Shown here in pieces: positions 1 to 13,908 of a DNA stretch of 50,095 nucleotides. Made by a program: the position numbers and the translations under genes. The notes under the pieces are model-generated. The model saw only the letters and a program-made list of their open reading frames with translations, ran no database searches and was not told the origin of the DNA. The stretch comes from Octopus bimaculoides (taxonomy: Eukaryota), in contig NC_068999.1 of the NCBI RefSeq assembly GCF_001194135.2, positions 12,739,938 through 12,790,032 of the forward strand. The letters are read 5' to 3'. The stretch's first letter is position 1, and the number at the start of each line of letters is the position of its first letter.

Positions 1-199
1 TATATATATATATATATATATATATATCCGACGGACTTTTTTCCGTTATAGGACAGTATTATGTGCCGGGCTATATTAGAACACATTTGCGTAAGATCCC
101 GCGTTATGGGAAGACTGTTTCTTACAAACACAATGACGCCTGCACCTTAATGCTGTAATTTGTTTTTATTAACTTATTACCACAATAACAAAAAGAAAT

Positions 200-402
200 C
201 TTACAGTGAGGGTTTGCTCTAAAGTTCCTTGCTTTAACGGTATCGCTAAGGGACTTCTGAATCGTTTGAGAGGGCTTAGAAAAACTGAAGGACCGCTACA
301 ATACGTGTGCAAATCAGAGAGAGGTATATGTTAACTAAAATCATAGTTAACTTATCTTCCTGTATTTCCTTTCACTCAATGCCAGGAACTTTTCAGCACC
401 AA
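200..402 (+). mobile_element. Tc1/mariner transposon 3' remnant (transposase C-terminus plus probable TIR)
   Basis: About 268-338 translates to EGLEKLKDRYNTCANQREVYVN*, resembling the mariner C-terminal GIxKLxxRWxKCxxxxGxYVE motif. It is followed by aggaacttttcagcacc, which resembles a mariner TIR. A homologous piece lies at ~13405-13500 (-). Confidence 0.6.
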
Positions 403-715
403 TCTTAAGTTACAGTTTTTACTTGCATGATGTACCAAGAACATTACAAATAAAATTAAAGAAAATAAAATTGAATACACATTCAGCCATTCACAAATTA
501 TCTTATCTCAGTCACGAATATTTAATCTAACTAAAGGTGATTTTTCTCCAGATAACACATCCTATTAACTCCTAGATATTAAATTTATGATGCTGGGTAG
601 AAAAAAATGTATTATTTGTTGACGAAATTCATGTTCCAACAGAGTAGAAAAAAATTTATATACAAATATATGTGAGTTGAACTACATTTACGTATTTCCC
701 TTCATATACAGAATA

Positions 716-915
716 GATGTCCGTTGCTTAGTGGTTAGGTATATTGGACTCATGATCTTAAGCTTACGATTTCAATTCGTGGACCGGGTGACGCACCTTA
801 CTCTTGAGCAAAACAATTCGTTTCGCGTTGCTCCATTCATCTGGCAATATTTAGTAATCCTGTGACGGACCGGTGTCTCGCCTGGGTGAGGAATTTATAC
901 GCCGGGAGATCCACA
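716..915 (+). mobile_element. tRNA-derived SINE, family C, diverged
   Basis: A-box-like gcttagtggttagg and degenerate B-box gatttcaattc, then cttgagcaaaaca and ctgtgacggaccggtgtctcgcc. The head resembles the copy at 47393. Confidence 0.55.
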
Positions 916-1949
916 CTGAAAGCAGCCAGTAGAGATATATTTGTCCAATACAATTCAGCACTTCCACTCGGAACCAAAATAGAATAAGCCAGAAATGAAG
1001 TTGCACGCATTCAGTGTAAGTGCAGCAGAACGGAGGACTAAGTGACCTACACTGCACGCTTCCTCGAAAGTTCTATGTGGGTAGCACAGCATTGTATTTA
1101 TGAGTCGTCAGCATGATTCGAGCAGGTAAATTTGCCTTTAACTTTAACTGCGTGCACATACGATATATATATTTGTTTTTGGAAAAACATATGGTTTATA
1201 ACATGCTTCCTAATTATCAGTACTAAACAACATGAATAACCAATAAAAAGATAGATTTAAGGAAACAAAATAAAATTCCTCAAATTTTGAAGCGTAAAAA
1301 GCACATAATATGCAGTACAGAAATCTTGATTCAGTAGCATCTCTACAGAGAATAAAATAATCATAATTAATAAAAGCATCAACTGACATTCTGAAAGTGT
1401 AACACCACTAGAATTATTCTAAATCTACCATACACTTCATTCTAGGAAAACATTTTTACTAGTGTGATATAACAAATATTTGCAAAAGAAGAAACTTAAG
1501 AAGGATAACTTCCAGCAATAGTAAAAAATAGAAGAAACAGATCGATATAACAGATCGATGAGTGCAAATACCTTTCCTATTATCAATATTTAATCTGAGA
1601 AGTACGCAGCATGCGAGAAATCTCAATAGATGATAAATGTTCACTCATAAAAATAAGCACAATTTTTCACTCAAATTCAATGAAAGTCGTAGAATTAAAT
1701 TAATTTAAAATTATTCTCTAAATTTTTAAACTTAAGTTATAGAAAATCTCACAACCAAATAAACGGAACATAGATGCGAGGCAAAGTACATTTAAGTACT
1801 ATTTCAGACGCAAATTTTCGTCGCTGTCCTAAAACCATTTCTAGGATAATATAATATTTGATTATTTATGATACATGTGAGTTACGCAATCAAGTTCTAA
1901 ACAGGTATATACGCAAACACGCAAAACACCTTACACATCCATACGCTTA

Positions 1950-2004
<55 letters not shown>

Positions 2005-2613
2005 ACGTATAAGGTATGCACATGTATATAAGGGTGTGTGTATGTATGTATAAATGTAAATATATACATAATGAATAAGAGCAGCAGCTAATGATCATAT
2101 TGAGATGTCGATTTCATGGCGACATATATAAGAATAAGTGCCGTAAGCTATAGTTTGGTATAACAAGCAACTATAAAGGTGCATTTGTAATGACACATTA
2201 ATTATAATTACTGTTGTAGATTGAGAATTATGAGTTTGAGAAGCCACCTTTTGTAAATATGCGGCAGACATTCAAATATAGAGAGGTAATATATATTAAA
2301 TTATTGTACAATGACAGACATTGCATCATGGCATTGTATTTATATTTCTTATTTACACAGTTTTAACTTTTCCTTGAGCATCATTTCCTATTGTAATATT
2401 TGGTGTCAATTGACAATTAAAGATGTTTGCTTAATTATCTCATTGTTCTAAGCCAATATGAAATACAAGTCATCCACAAACACACCGCTGAGATTTATAT
2501 ATTTCTTCTACAAAGTTCTGAGACATATTTTCGGACGGGCAAGTACACATGTATCAACGCACACACACAAACACACACATACACACCCACACACATACAC
2601 AAACACGCACACA

Positions 2614-2651
<38 letters not shown>

Positions 2652-3319
2652 CACACGCACACACACACAGCGTGCTCATTAATATTGTATTTTTTTTAAT
2701 ATTAGAAACATATGTATAACAACAAAATTAGACCCTTGAGAGAATAATTCTTGGAACAGTAACAAAGTGAAATATTTCACGCATATTTCTGTCACTCGTA
2801 TTTCAACTTACGCTACAGTAATATATACAGAACTTTTCAATAATTCACTATTCATACATTAAAATATATCTGAAAATATCAGGAATATAAAAACTTTGAG
2901 GCTGATACATGTAAGTAACATCCGAGTAGGATTTCCTTTTTTTTTTTTTCACGCAAGTACCTATTCTGCAAACGAATTAATAAAGTGAAACGGAAGGATT
3001 AAGAAAGATGCAAGAGTGTTTGAAACGAAATGAGGAAATGAATTAAGACAAAGTGAAAATAAGAGAATAAAAGAAAGACAACACCAAAACAAAAGGAAAT
3101 ACTCTGAAGGGGAGAGGTTGTAGGAGGGAACGTATAAGGGGAGACGAAATTGATTAAATATAACGGATACAGTTTTGTTGAATGCAAAATAATTTGATAA
3201 TCTGATGTTGTTTATAATTTATGAAAGAATAGAATTGACAGACATTTTAATCAGTGTGGCTCTTAGTCCTATCATCTCTAAGTCGGAGGTTGCTGATATT
3301 ACAAATTTTCTTCCGTGAA

Positions 3320-3580
3320 AGCGGCGATATGGCGCAAGCATTAGATTGCCGGATGAATAGCTTAGTGGCATTTCGTCCGTCTTCATGTTCTGAGTTCCAG
3401 TTCTACCGAGTTCAAATTTGCTTTCATTCTCCCGGCGTCTATAAAATCAGTACCAGTCAAGCATTTGGTGGTGGTGGTGGTGGTGGTGGTGGTGGTGATG
3501 GTGGTGGGGTGGTGGTCGATGTACGCCTTCAGCGTACCCCCTTTTCAAAATCGTTGGCGTTGTGCTAAAATTTGAAAGCA
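3320..3580 (+). mobile_element. SINE family A copy with internal (GGT)n expansion
   Basis: Body gcttagtggcatttcgtccgtc...ttctgagttc...taccagtcaagca matches the copies at 25354 and 37947. (TGG)n at ~3466-3516, then tail ttgtgctaaaatttgaaa. Confidence 0.8.
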
Positions 3581-3869
3581 ATATTTTTCTGTCGTTGCTT
3601 ACAAAGTTATATCGTTGTTATGTTCTTGGAGGCTTCAAAATCTCATCGCCAATAATGTTCTCACAACGTTGGTGTGCGCATACTGGTGTAGAATAATATT
3701 ACCCCAAAACATATTTGGATATGATTATCTAGAATAACCGTTCCACGAAATAATATGTTCACACAGAACGAGCTCCATACCACGCCAAACGTAGATATAT
3801 TTTAATAACATAGTAATCCAATACGAAGGATCATTGTTGTCAACAGCTGAATGTCAACAATATACATAT

Positions 3870-4038
3870 ATACGACGGAATTCTTTCAGTTTCCGTCTAC
3901 CAAATCCACTCACAAGTCTTTGGGCGGCCAGGGGCTATAGTAGAAGACAGTTGCCCATAATGCCACGCAGCGGGAATGAACCCGGAATCATCTGGTTGGT
4001 AAGCAAACTACTTACCACACAGCCACTCCTACGCCTAC
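3870..4038 (-). mobile_element. SINE family B, 5' half (tRNA-like head)
   Basis: ttcagtttccgtctaccaaatccactcacaag...ttaccacacagccactcctacgcct is near-identical to 34845-35000 and 38560-38710. The reverse strand carries A box ggctgtgtggtaag and B box gggttcattccc. Confidence 0.9.
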
Positions 4039-4990
4039 ATATATACATATACATACATATATATNNNNNNNNNNNNNNNNNNNNNNNNNNNNNNNNNNNN
4101 NNNNNNNNNNNNNNNNNNNNNNNNNNNNNNNNNNNNNNNNNNNNNNNNNNNNNNNNNNNNNNNNATATATATATATATATATAGCATATAATATTTGTTG
4201 GGCATTCTGTCATTCCGCCTGCAGTGTTTTTTTCAGATTTGCCTGCAGAATATTGAGGAATATATTCAAGAAATCACTGCGAAAAAAGAATCATATACTG
4301 TTTTTCTAGATCTTGTTGCATGATGTGGAACAATCGTTGTTTAGCAAAAATTTTTGTTAAATGAATTGCAGTGACAATTGAAATCTCTAATGCGTTTGTT
4401 GTATAACAATCTCTGGTTGAAAATAATATCCGTGAATAGAAATATGGAAATAGGATAATTATAATGGTACAAGAATCATTTGGAAACCTCGCCTATCCAC
4501 ATATAAACAAATAAAATCAATTCCAATTGTCATCTGTACCAACAAATAACGGAGAAAAATATGTTAAATCTGAAACGCTATATCACTCTTAACATTTTGC
4601 ATGGATATACACAGCTATATTACTTTCGAAACTTATTCAAATACGGTGTTTACACTGCTGAACATTTAAGTATATATTTGAGCTCATCCCCTTACACCTA
4701 TGTTGGTTTGTGTATATCTATGTATATGTGTTTGTTCGTATGAGTGNNNNNNNNNNGTGTCTGCTTGTGCGTGTGTGCGTCTGTGTAATTGTATGCCTGC
4801 ATATGTGTGTGAGTCTGTGTGTTTCATTGTATGTTCAACCAGAAATCTACCCATGCCCACATACACATACACTCTTGTTCATGTGAAATACAAGCAGTGA
4901 TAAAACAATAAAACGCTGTACAAATTACCTGCCGTCATATTTGCACAACGGTATTGTGTGTTTAAAATATTACACTTGCTCTGTATGCTA

Positions 4991-5040
<50 letters not shown>

Positions 5041-6230
5041 ACACATACACACATACACTCACACACACACTCAGTGTATACACCACCACACATCTGAATA
5101 TGTGTGTGATTGCGTATGTAAAATATATGGGGCTGGGTCTATGTTAATCGATTTGTGCTATGAAACGGAGCGTTTAGTTTTCACGTTTTTACATACAATT
5201 CCAGTTGAAGTGTTATAAAGTATGGAACATATCACTCTGCTGCAATATAATTTAATTTTCACAGTGTATACGTATTTCACTATGAACTTGATGTAGCATA
5301 TGCCTGACATCTGCATTTAAAAACGGTTTCAGCTACATCAAAGTAAGCAGAACAAACATAATACAATTTGCCATCAGGTTTGTTCCCAATTTATTGCCTC
5401 TGGTTCTAAGTATGCTGATGTAAATTTATTCGTTAGCAAACCATTTTTATGGAAACCCAGAAATAAATAAAATTATTGCATAAAGATACAGATTTGTAGT
5501 GATAAAAACGTGTTCAAATGCGACCAATCTAAAATTGAATAGCATGTGTTTAGGTTCATGCAGATTCATAGAATTGCGCATATGTTGGGGATGTGGAAAT
5601 GACTCTGGATAATATTCAAGGTCAAACCACATCTACGTTTGAGACACATGTTCAAATTATTATCCATACCAATTGGTATTTCTGTCTAGCAAAATTACTG
5701 ATCGATTGTGAGAAGGGTACATTTTTTATGAGACGGCATGCTATGTGCGACAGCTGTGCAAAAGGCTGCAAAAGTATCACTTAAACAGCTATTCTCAATA
5801 CTCAAAATTTTTTAATGGTATCCATCCATGATTTGTGAGAGCTGTGCATTTTATCTATCAACTGTTGGACATGTGTTGTTATCACAGTACCAATCTTGAC
5901 GTTTGCGAACAGGAGGACTAATAACCTTTTCATATGCAGAATAGTGTTGCATTACGCATTGTCTTCCAAGGTGATTCTAAGTGATCATTGATACCGACAG
6001 TTTTGAGTGCAGTGTCCAGCTTGATAGAGAGCTCAGCCGGCTTTTCAGCAGTTTTCAAAGGTAGAACGGAAATGCGCTAAAGCACCAATGACTTTTGTAA
6101 TCTCGTGTGTTTCAGATTGAACGTAGCCTTACTACGGAGAAGAGAATGGTCGGAGAAATAGCAGGTGTTATGAAAGTAGCGTGTAATGTTAAAGACTGTA
6201 ATATCTCGTTTCTTAATGATAACATAATCT

Positions 6231-6660
6231 ATGAGATGCCAATCATTAGATCCAGATCGTCTGGCAACAATGTCGCTGTTGGTAAATGGTATTTGTGATG
6301 CTTATACTAAATTCGCTGCAGATGGAAAGCATACGAAGTCCGCTGAAGTGTATTGTGACAAGACGGGCAAGACCGGCAACGAGAATGCTTCCTCGGTGTT
6401 CTATAAAGGGCTGGTAGAGGCAGAAAACGATGACGTACTAGGAGTGGCTCTGGGGTTCGACGAGAAGTAACTCGCCAACCTTTTTATAAAAAAAATTCAT
6501 GCCAGGGTAGTTGGACAACTTCCAAAAATCCCTGATCTGGCAGTGCTAGAGGAACGCTTTACCTGTTCGCGATAAATTATCTCGGCACGGAATATCAGTG
6601 CCACCAACGTGTCCAAGATGTGCGCTCGACGATCAAGCCGCTAAAGTCATAAATAGATGC
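6231..6660 (+). mobile_element. Decayed L1/Tx1-clade LINE ORF2 C-terminal fragment (zinc-knuckle region)
   Basis: From 6511 reads LDNFQKSLIWQC*RNALPVRDKLSRHGISVPPTCPRC, a W..LP.RDKL..G...CPxC motif typical of L1/Tx1 ORF2. Upstream ORF 6231-6470 (..SVFYKGLVEAENDDVLGVALGFDEK) is contiguous with it. Confidence 0.7.
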
Positions 6661-7199
6661 TAACTCTACCTAGAATAAAACATTGCTATCGTATATATTT
6701 TATTTCATGCCTTCTTTGTTACAATACATCTTAAATGAGATGACACGGAGCTGGATTTCGTCTTTTGAGCTGATATCTGTTCTATCGCGAATGATGAGGC
6801 CAAAAAGAAACAATGTGGTTTAATTGTCAGCTCCGTCTTGATTACAATGATACTGAATAAGAGCCAAAACACTTTTCAGCCGTTTCGACCGCACATTTAG
6901 CTTTGCACTTCAAGCAAAATATTATTTTATGGCAAGACTAAATATTCCGTTGTTTTTAGAATTGATTATGCTTCGCTTCTGTTAATAATAATTCTTCAAA
7001 TCAATATACCCACAATCATAAATCTGTGTTATGTGTATTGTATACATGTCTAACATTTGGTGTAAATATCTAATTGTGAATCAATTACGAGTCTGGCCTA
7101 TTAATCATTGTTTGGTTTATTATGGAAAGGATAAAGAAAAAAAAATCAATGAAAAGGAAACTATCAAACTTTAAACTGAAATAATATACAAATGAATTA

Positions 7200-9240
7200 A
7201 CCGTCCTTGAGAACTACATCTCATACGTTCCCAGTTGTATTTCACGTGGATGCCTATTTGGAAGAAAAATACCTTTACTCACTTCTATTGATGCACTTCA
7301 TAACGTGATTCACTTCCAGGAACCAAACTTGTCCTGTTCTGTTATACGTTCATGTCAACCATTGCTGAAGATATGCCACTTGTACAACAGCTACTCAAGT
7401 TTCTATGATATTCTTATGTTTCATTACTCTTTGCAAACTGATTCCATTCATATTTCTTCACTCTACCTGTTCAAAAGTTATAGATCACGTTGCACGGGGA
7501 TAGAGTCGGGAAAATGAAGATTACTCGCTTCCAGCCGATGAGGGAATGTCAGCGACTAAGGCTAATAGTCATTCTACCAAACACGTGTCCTGAAATAAGA
7601 GAAGGCTTGTAGTCATTTCATTACCATGGGTAATTTTGCGTTTCGATTTGTAGAATCTTTTGAAGCCTATTCTCCCTTGATTTTCTCTATGCACTCTGGT
7701 ACTTCTGAAATCCCAGAATATAGAAACTATTTCATCAAAAGTGCTATATGGTTCCATCATTGTTCAGTATTTGCACTATCATAGCTACGTTTCTAATACA
7801 GATAATTGCCTTTTCGCTAAACACATCTCAAGTAAGAGGTTTTTCTTTACACCATTTCAACAGATTTCTTATTTTCTCGACACGTCTTCATTAAACATAA
7901 TAATTGACAATCCAGTATAAACCTATAGCACCCACCATCTTCTTAATATTTATAACACTCATTCCTACTGCAGACCAACTGTATTAATTTCCAGTACTTA
8001 ACCAGAAGTTTTCAGCATTCATTGTAGCCTTCGCGTAACTAGCAAAACAGACGCCCAAAACTATTCCCTCCTGTAACATGACGATGGTTATTTTCTGTTA
8101 ATTTGTATATACATTTTTATACTATCATTTCCAAGGCAAACAATATAGCCTTTAAATAATTTCTTCGTCGACGTATAACATTCGTTCAAAACTTTCCTCG
8201 CTACTTTTCGCCTCGATAATATGGCTTTCATCCGTTAATGTTTCTGCTTCTATAAAAAACGGGGCAAAAAAAAAAAAAAAAAAAAAAAAAAACGCAAACA
8301 TCTTATTAGAGGCAAAAAAGTAATCATGGTTGCTCCCAAATTGGTGAGCATTATAGCAAAGCATTTTGAAAACCCTTATTTTCTGATTTGCATTTTGTAT
8401 CCAAATATTATATTATAGTATTGTTATATCAAATGTAACATGATCATTTAAGCCCTTTATTACTTTGGTTACCATATTCCATCCTTTCCTAGACGTCAGA
8501 TTACAATATCACTCTCCCATCTAACCGTTCGAAACACCTTATTCTATTGATTCCTCTGACATCACTTCTCTTCTCTACACATCATCTCGACCACACTTTT
8601 TCTTTGTTCTTATCTCCTTAGCTCTTAATCTCACTGAAACTGCTATAATCGCCGTAAATTCATCTGCCACATGCTACAATAGAATCTATTGTTAAAGGAG
8701 GTGAAGACCAATAATTCCATCTGGTTCAGTATACAGTTTTCATAGCTGCATATCGAAGCCCCATTGACTATTGACTAGGCTATCGATCTGATCACATGCA
8801 AAGCTCTATTAATATTCTTTTTATTTTTTACCATCGCCTGATATTATAGCTTTATTTCTAGGAATGCTCATCCGGAACTTCAGTTTCCTTTTATCCCATT
8901 TTACCACCTCCCAAATCTTCTCTAATACGTGTTTTCCTTGTGCCATAAACTAGAGTTCCGGATCGTTTAGCCCATGGATCATTCATCCCTTACTAAATTC
9001 TATTTCGATATCATAGATGTAACTTTTCCCTTGCTGAATCATCGAATACAACATCCAAAAATATTTACGTTCAAAGGAACAAACTCATCTTTCTATCGCA
9101 CTGTTCAAATCCATGAGGAGAGTGAAAAGTTTATTTTTAGCTCAAAATTTAACTCTACTGTTTGTTGTATATTGGCAACACATTCGGTTACTAGCCTATT
9201 GCTTTTCATGTCCGAGGCAACACCATAAAAATTTGCCTTT
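7200..9240 (-). mobile_element. Heavily decayed RTE-clade LINE (RT region to 3' end)
   Basis: Minus-strand fragments occur in the expected order: KKKCGRDDV (KAxGPDG-like, ~8590), ECIEKIK..IG / KLPMVMK (~7600-7700) and ..PR..NWE..DVVLKD (GRPxxxWxDVVxxD, ~7203-7260). Many stops and frameshifts. Confidence 0.5.
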
Positions 9241-9589
9241 GTAACGTGTATTACCCTATAAGCGCAACGTTTACCTACGACTCACTGTTTACTCTACTAC
9301 AAACAAATCTTGTGTGTATTGTGAGTAGGTATTTTTTAAACGGAGCCAGGGAGTCTATCCATAGTTCCTAAATGATATTCTTTCTTATATAATACATTTC
9401 ATATACATTTACTTTTATTCGTTTGCTTTCCAAGATCGATTACCTATTTCTGTGCCCAGCTTTAATATGTTCAAAGCACTACATATCTGCTGCACGAATT
9501 TTAAGATAATTCCAATCTAACGACATCATCCATATCTATTTTCCAAAACAAAAGATAACATAGATGATTCAACATACAAGGACACAGAA

Positions 9590-9860
9590 AAACTCGTCGC
9601 ACCTATCCTGCACTTTTACTTTTCGTTCGAAAATTCCGTTTCATATAAACCTTCTATACCGATTTATATTTTTGTTGCACCATGCGGTTTTGGGTATGAC
9701 AATATCATTACTGATAATCACATAAATCCAGCTTCCCTCTTTTAATGAAGCGGAAAAAGAACCAAAGTCCGAAACGTTTCAATCTAAATTGTTTCTTCTT
9801 CACAATATAAACATATACATTACACTGTTCTTAGTTGTTTTGTGGATTTGTATTTTGTCT
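9590..9860 (+). mobile_element. Probable Penelope-like element 3' remnant with degenerate hammerhead core
   Basis: ttaatgaagcgg...ccgaaacgtttc at ~9742-9780 resembles the CTGATGA...CGAAAC PLE terminal motif. The family assignment is inference. Confidence 0.35.
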
Positions 9861-10557
9861 TTTTCATTTCTCTCAGACTGTTTGGATACTTGATTACATT
9901 ACCATATTCGAAAGGAAGCTTACTTCGATTATAGTTGTATATTCAAATTTAAGTATCACGGTGTTTGTCAGTAAATGATTCTGCTCGAGATCAAATAGTG
10001 TTAATTAATAGCTAGATTGAAGAGAAACTTTTGAGGAGTAGTTATAAACTATTAATAATTTATTCCGTTTTTAGTTTATGAGAAAACAGATGCAAATTTC
10101 GAATACATTGCGATGTATCTTTAAAGAGAAGGATAATTTTTTGCAGCTGCTGTTTTGGCAGTTTGGTTACTGATACACAAATACACTTCAACAAAGAGGA
10201 ATATAAAACAGAAAACAAGAACAAAAATAAAAAGAGAAGACAAAATAACAACATTGCCAAGAATAAAAACACGAACAACCACTTACTCTGATAGTCGATA
10301 TTGATATCTTAATGAAAGAAATTATTATCGCTCGTATAATTTGACAGGATAGCCATTTCACAGAAGTGTTAATAGAAAATGTTCTTTAGTTTTCTTAGAC
10401 AAGATTTATCGTGATGAAGTTACTGATATCATTTGTTTTGAAATATCTTTCTATTCTCATATCGAAAGATAAAAAGTGTTTGAAATACCACTCAGAGTGT
10501 AGCTTGGAAGTGACTGTTAAAATCGTCTGTCATTGTATATATTCCCTCATATGTGGC

Positions 10558-10591
<34 letters not shown>

Positions 10592-10834
10592 TTGATGATG
10601 AAATAAGTCTTTATTTCGACACACAATTGATCTACTATAACAGGTGAAAATCAACATATGGATCTATCTTTGTATCAATTAATCAATCTACCTATCTGTC
10701 TGTCTGTCTACCTGTCTGCATGTATGTCTGTCAGTCTATCTATCTATATAACTACCTTCCTATATGTGTGCGCGCGTATACATATATATGTACTCATATA
10801 TACACTCATATATATATATATATATAATCACATT

Positions 10835-11315
10835 TTCCGGGTTCAGTCCCTCTGCGTGACACATTGGCTAGGTGTCTTCTACTAAAACCTTGGGCCGACC
10901 AATAACTTGTTTGTAGATTTGGCAGACGGAAACTAAATGACGCCCGTCGCCTCTAATGAGAACACGATAAGGTTCGAGCATCGATTAAAGGTTGTTCATC
11001 ATTTACAAGTGTGCGGAGAAAATACTTAAATTTGCCTGGTTTATAATTACACCTTATGTTGCATACACACGCGTATGTATACATATATGTGTTTCTGTGT
11101 GTGTATGTGTGTGTATATGTATGTGTGTATTTGTGTGTCTGTGTGTTTTCACACACCATCACTTGACAATCAGTGTTGGTAATTTTATGTCCACGTAAGT
11201 TACCGATTCTGAAAAAAAAACGATACAATTGGTACTACGGGTCGATTTGTTAGACTAAAGTTGGTGCTCTAGCACGGCCGCAGTCAAATGAGTGAAACAG
11301 GTAAAATAATAAACG
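10835..11315 (+). mobile_element. SINE family B, near-complete, with internal (TG)n
   Basis: Head remnant ttccgggttcagtccc...gacggaaacta, internal (TG)n ~11070-11145, middle accatcacttgacaa and tail ggtgctctagcacggccgcagtcaaatgagtgaaacaggtaaaa. Confidence 0.85.
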
Positions 11316-12893
11316 CACACGTGCGCACACACTCACATATGTGTATATATGTATATGCAAAAGTATGTATACATATATATATATAGTATGTTACAGTCTG
11401 TCATACCGGCCATGATGAAATACCACACGGTATAGTAAATACGTATTCGCCTTTATATATTTAATCCATTATATTGAACACTCAATATTTCATATATTCA
11501 ATAAGCCATTCAATACTTCATTTCATTGTACCATCCATTTTTATATTATATATTATATATTCCATATTCTATATCCCACATTAATTTTACAAGAATATAA
11601 ATAAAACATAATTATTGGCCAGCCGCTTTTGTATGGTATCATTTTGATTAGGGAACTCTATCAAATGAACCTCAGATTATCAATTTTCTCGAATTTTCGT
11701 ATATCATTTTAAGACAATCATCTAAATTTTAAGAATATAAACACACCAATAGTAATTTTCTTGCTATGACAAACAACCGTATATACATAGCTACAAGCAC
11801 TCTCTTACACAAACGTATACATATACACACGCATATAAGCAAACAGTCACTCGATAACTCATATACATAGGCACACACATATGCCTGCGTATGCTTAGGA
11901 TCGAATGGGTATTGTGAAGTGTTTCTTTAAAAATCATGTGAATGAACATTTAGTGTAGGGTAACATCGCAGGTGGATTTTGAATGGATTCATTCTCTAAT
12001 TTAAAATCTTCAGCCGTTTATTTATATACCGCTAAAACTCTGTGATTGCTTGTTTGCGTGCTTGCTTTTCTGTAATGTGATATAGACAAACCGACGCATA
12101 ATTGGAAAATACTCTCAAATATGAATACAAACGGAATAAAATAACTTCCGCGTAAATCGAAACATGAATTCTCGGGATACGTGGTTCCTGTGGGATTGTT
12201 TCCACAAATTTAAGCAGTCGGGCCTGGAATTATTGGCTTCTATCATGAACACCTTTATAAATAGCCAAATCGATGCATAATGAGAAAAAAATTCTAAAAG
12301 TAAGGTACCGTTGCAATATGAATTCAAATGGAATAAAAGAAGTTGCGCATAAATCGGACCACGGCTTCCAATGATTCGCGGATTTGTAGGGTCTTCCCTG
12401 TTGCTGTAATTATAAAATTATGTCAAAGTTTCCAAAGATAATATACTGAAATAATTTTCCACGTTTAATCCTATTCTGTCATTTATTTGTTTCCAGGAAA
12501 GTGGCAGAAAAACGTTACTTAGGTTTAAAAGTATGATCAATTTTACCTAATCACAAAACAGGAATTGAAAGCCGACATTTTCCATATGACATCTGCCATT
12601 TCTGCATGATGATAACAGCTACCTGTCACGAAATGAAAGCACAATCACAAAAAGAGGATTTTTTATTAAACAAAGTTAAGCAAAGGATTTAATGGATAAA
12701 GTCATGTGAACCGGTCGAACAGACATGTAAATAATTTAAAAAGGAGAAAACAATCATCAATGATGTTTTCTGACGAAAAATTGCGCAAATAATTTCTGAT
12801 TCAGAAGCCGCAGTTTTGGAATGAACCCAATATGATATGATGTGAAGTAAGTAACACCTGGAGACAGAAGAACGCGCGAGCGCGAGTGCACAG

Positions 12894-12935
<42 letters not shown>

Positions 12936-13561
12936 GCGTACACACACAACCATACCCACACATATAAATCAATACACGCAAACACACATGCAAGCACGCA
13001 CACAAACATAGAAACACAGACACCTGTCTTTATATCATATGATGATATCTAAAAATTTGTTTTCACTGATATATACTCGAACCGTAGCACATATATATTT
13101 TGAAAGAACTGTTATGGAACTGATTGATGCTTATAGAAAATGACTAAATAAACACAAACTTATTAACTTTTGAAATGTGAGTTATTTATTGCTTTGTAAT
13201 AAAATATTATTCAAGCATTATTCAAAACAGAAAAGAAAACTCAACAAAATTGTTTTCGCTCATGATTTTGTGTTCCGAATTTCACATACCAAAAGCACAC
13301 CCAATCTCCCTATTCTAACGTTTAGTTTAATATACGAGTGTATGCAGAAATGTTTCTGGTGTTGCTTAATTACGATTTTGTTTAACATATTCCAATCTAA
13401 GATTTAAACACATATTGCAGTGGTCCTTCAGATTTTTAAGCTCTGTAAAAAGACTCTGAAGCTTGGGCCAAGGACTAGGCCTTACTTTAGAACCTCGTAA
13501 TCCCGTAACCTGTATATTGAAGTTATGAAATTGCGCTCTTCTTTAATCAATATTCCAAAAA

Positions 13562-13908
13562 GGAGCCGCATACACACTCCTTGTTTTTACAAAAACTAAT
13601 TAAAAGTATTGATTTAAAAGTATTAATAAAACAATTATATTGAAACATTTCTTAAGCAGTAACGAGGTTTTATCATTTATATTGTACGGAATTTGTAAGG
13701 TAATAATGGTATTATAACGAGAAGTAGAAGTGAAATCAAAAGCGTGAGCTTCAAGGAGCAGTTTTCGGAAATGTCTTTCACAAAATGTTTGCAATGAAAA
13801 AAGTATGTATGTGAGTTTTCTTTAGCCGTTTCAAATAAATATACAGACGGTGGATATTCAAATCGAACCAGATTAGTTTTACCAGCCAATGATCGGAATG
13901 ATGCAAAT
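13562..13908 (-). pseudogene. Frameshifted exon-like segment paralogous to 24086-24503
   Basis: Acceptor tctttgatttcccgtactcag| then LHHSDHWLVKLIWFD/EYPP..EN..Y..K..D..EN..LKLTLLISLLLLV. It aligns with the 24.1-24.5 kb ORF but has frameshifts. Confidence 0.4.

Noticed and set aside
716-800. Possible tRNA gene (also 47392-47470 and the SINE B heads)
   Set aside because: Degenerate A/B boxes run into SINE bodies with no full cloverleaf; these are SINE heads.
4280-4500. TVFLDLVA RT-like motif
   Set aside because: A single short motif without supporting flanking RT motifs; too weak to call.
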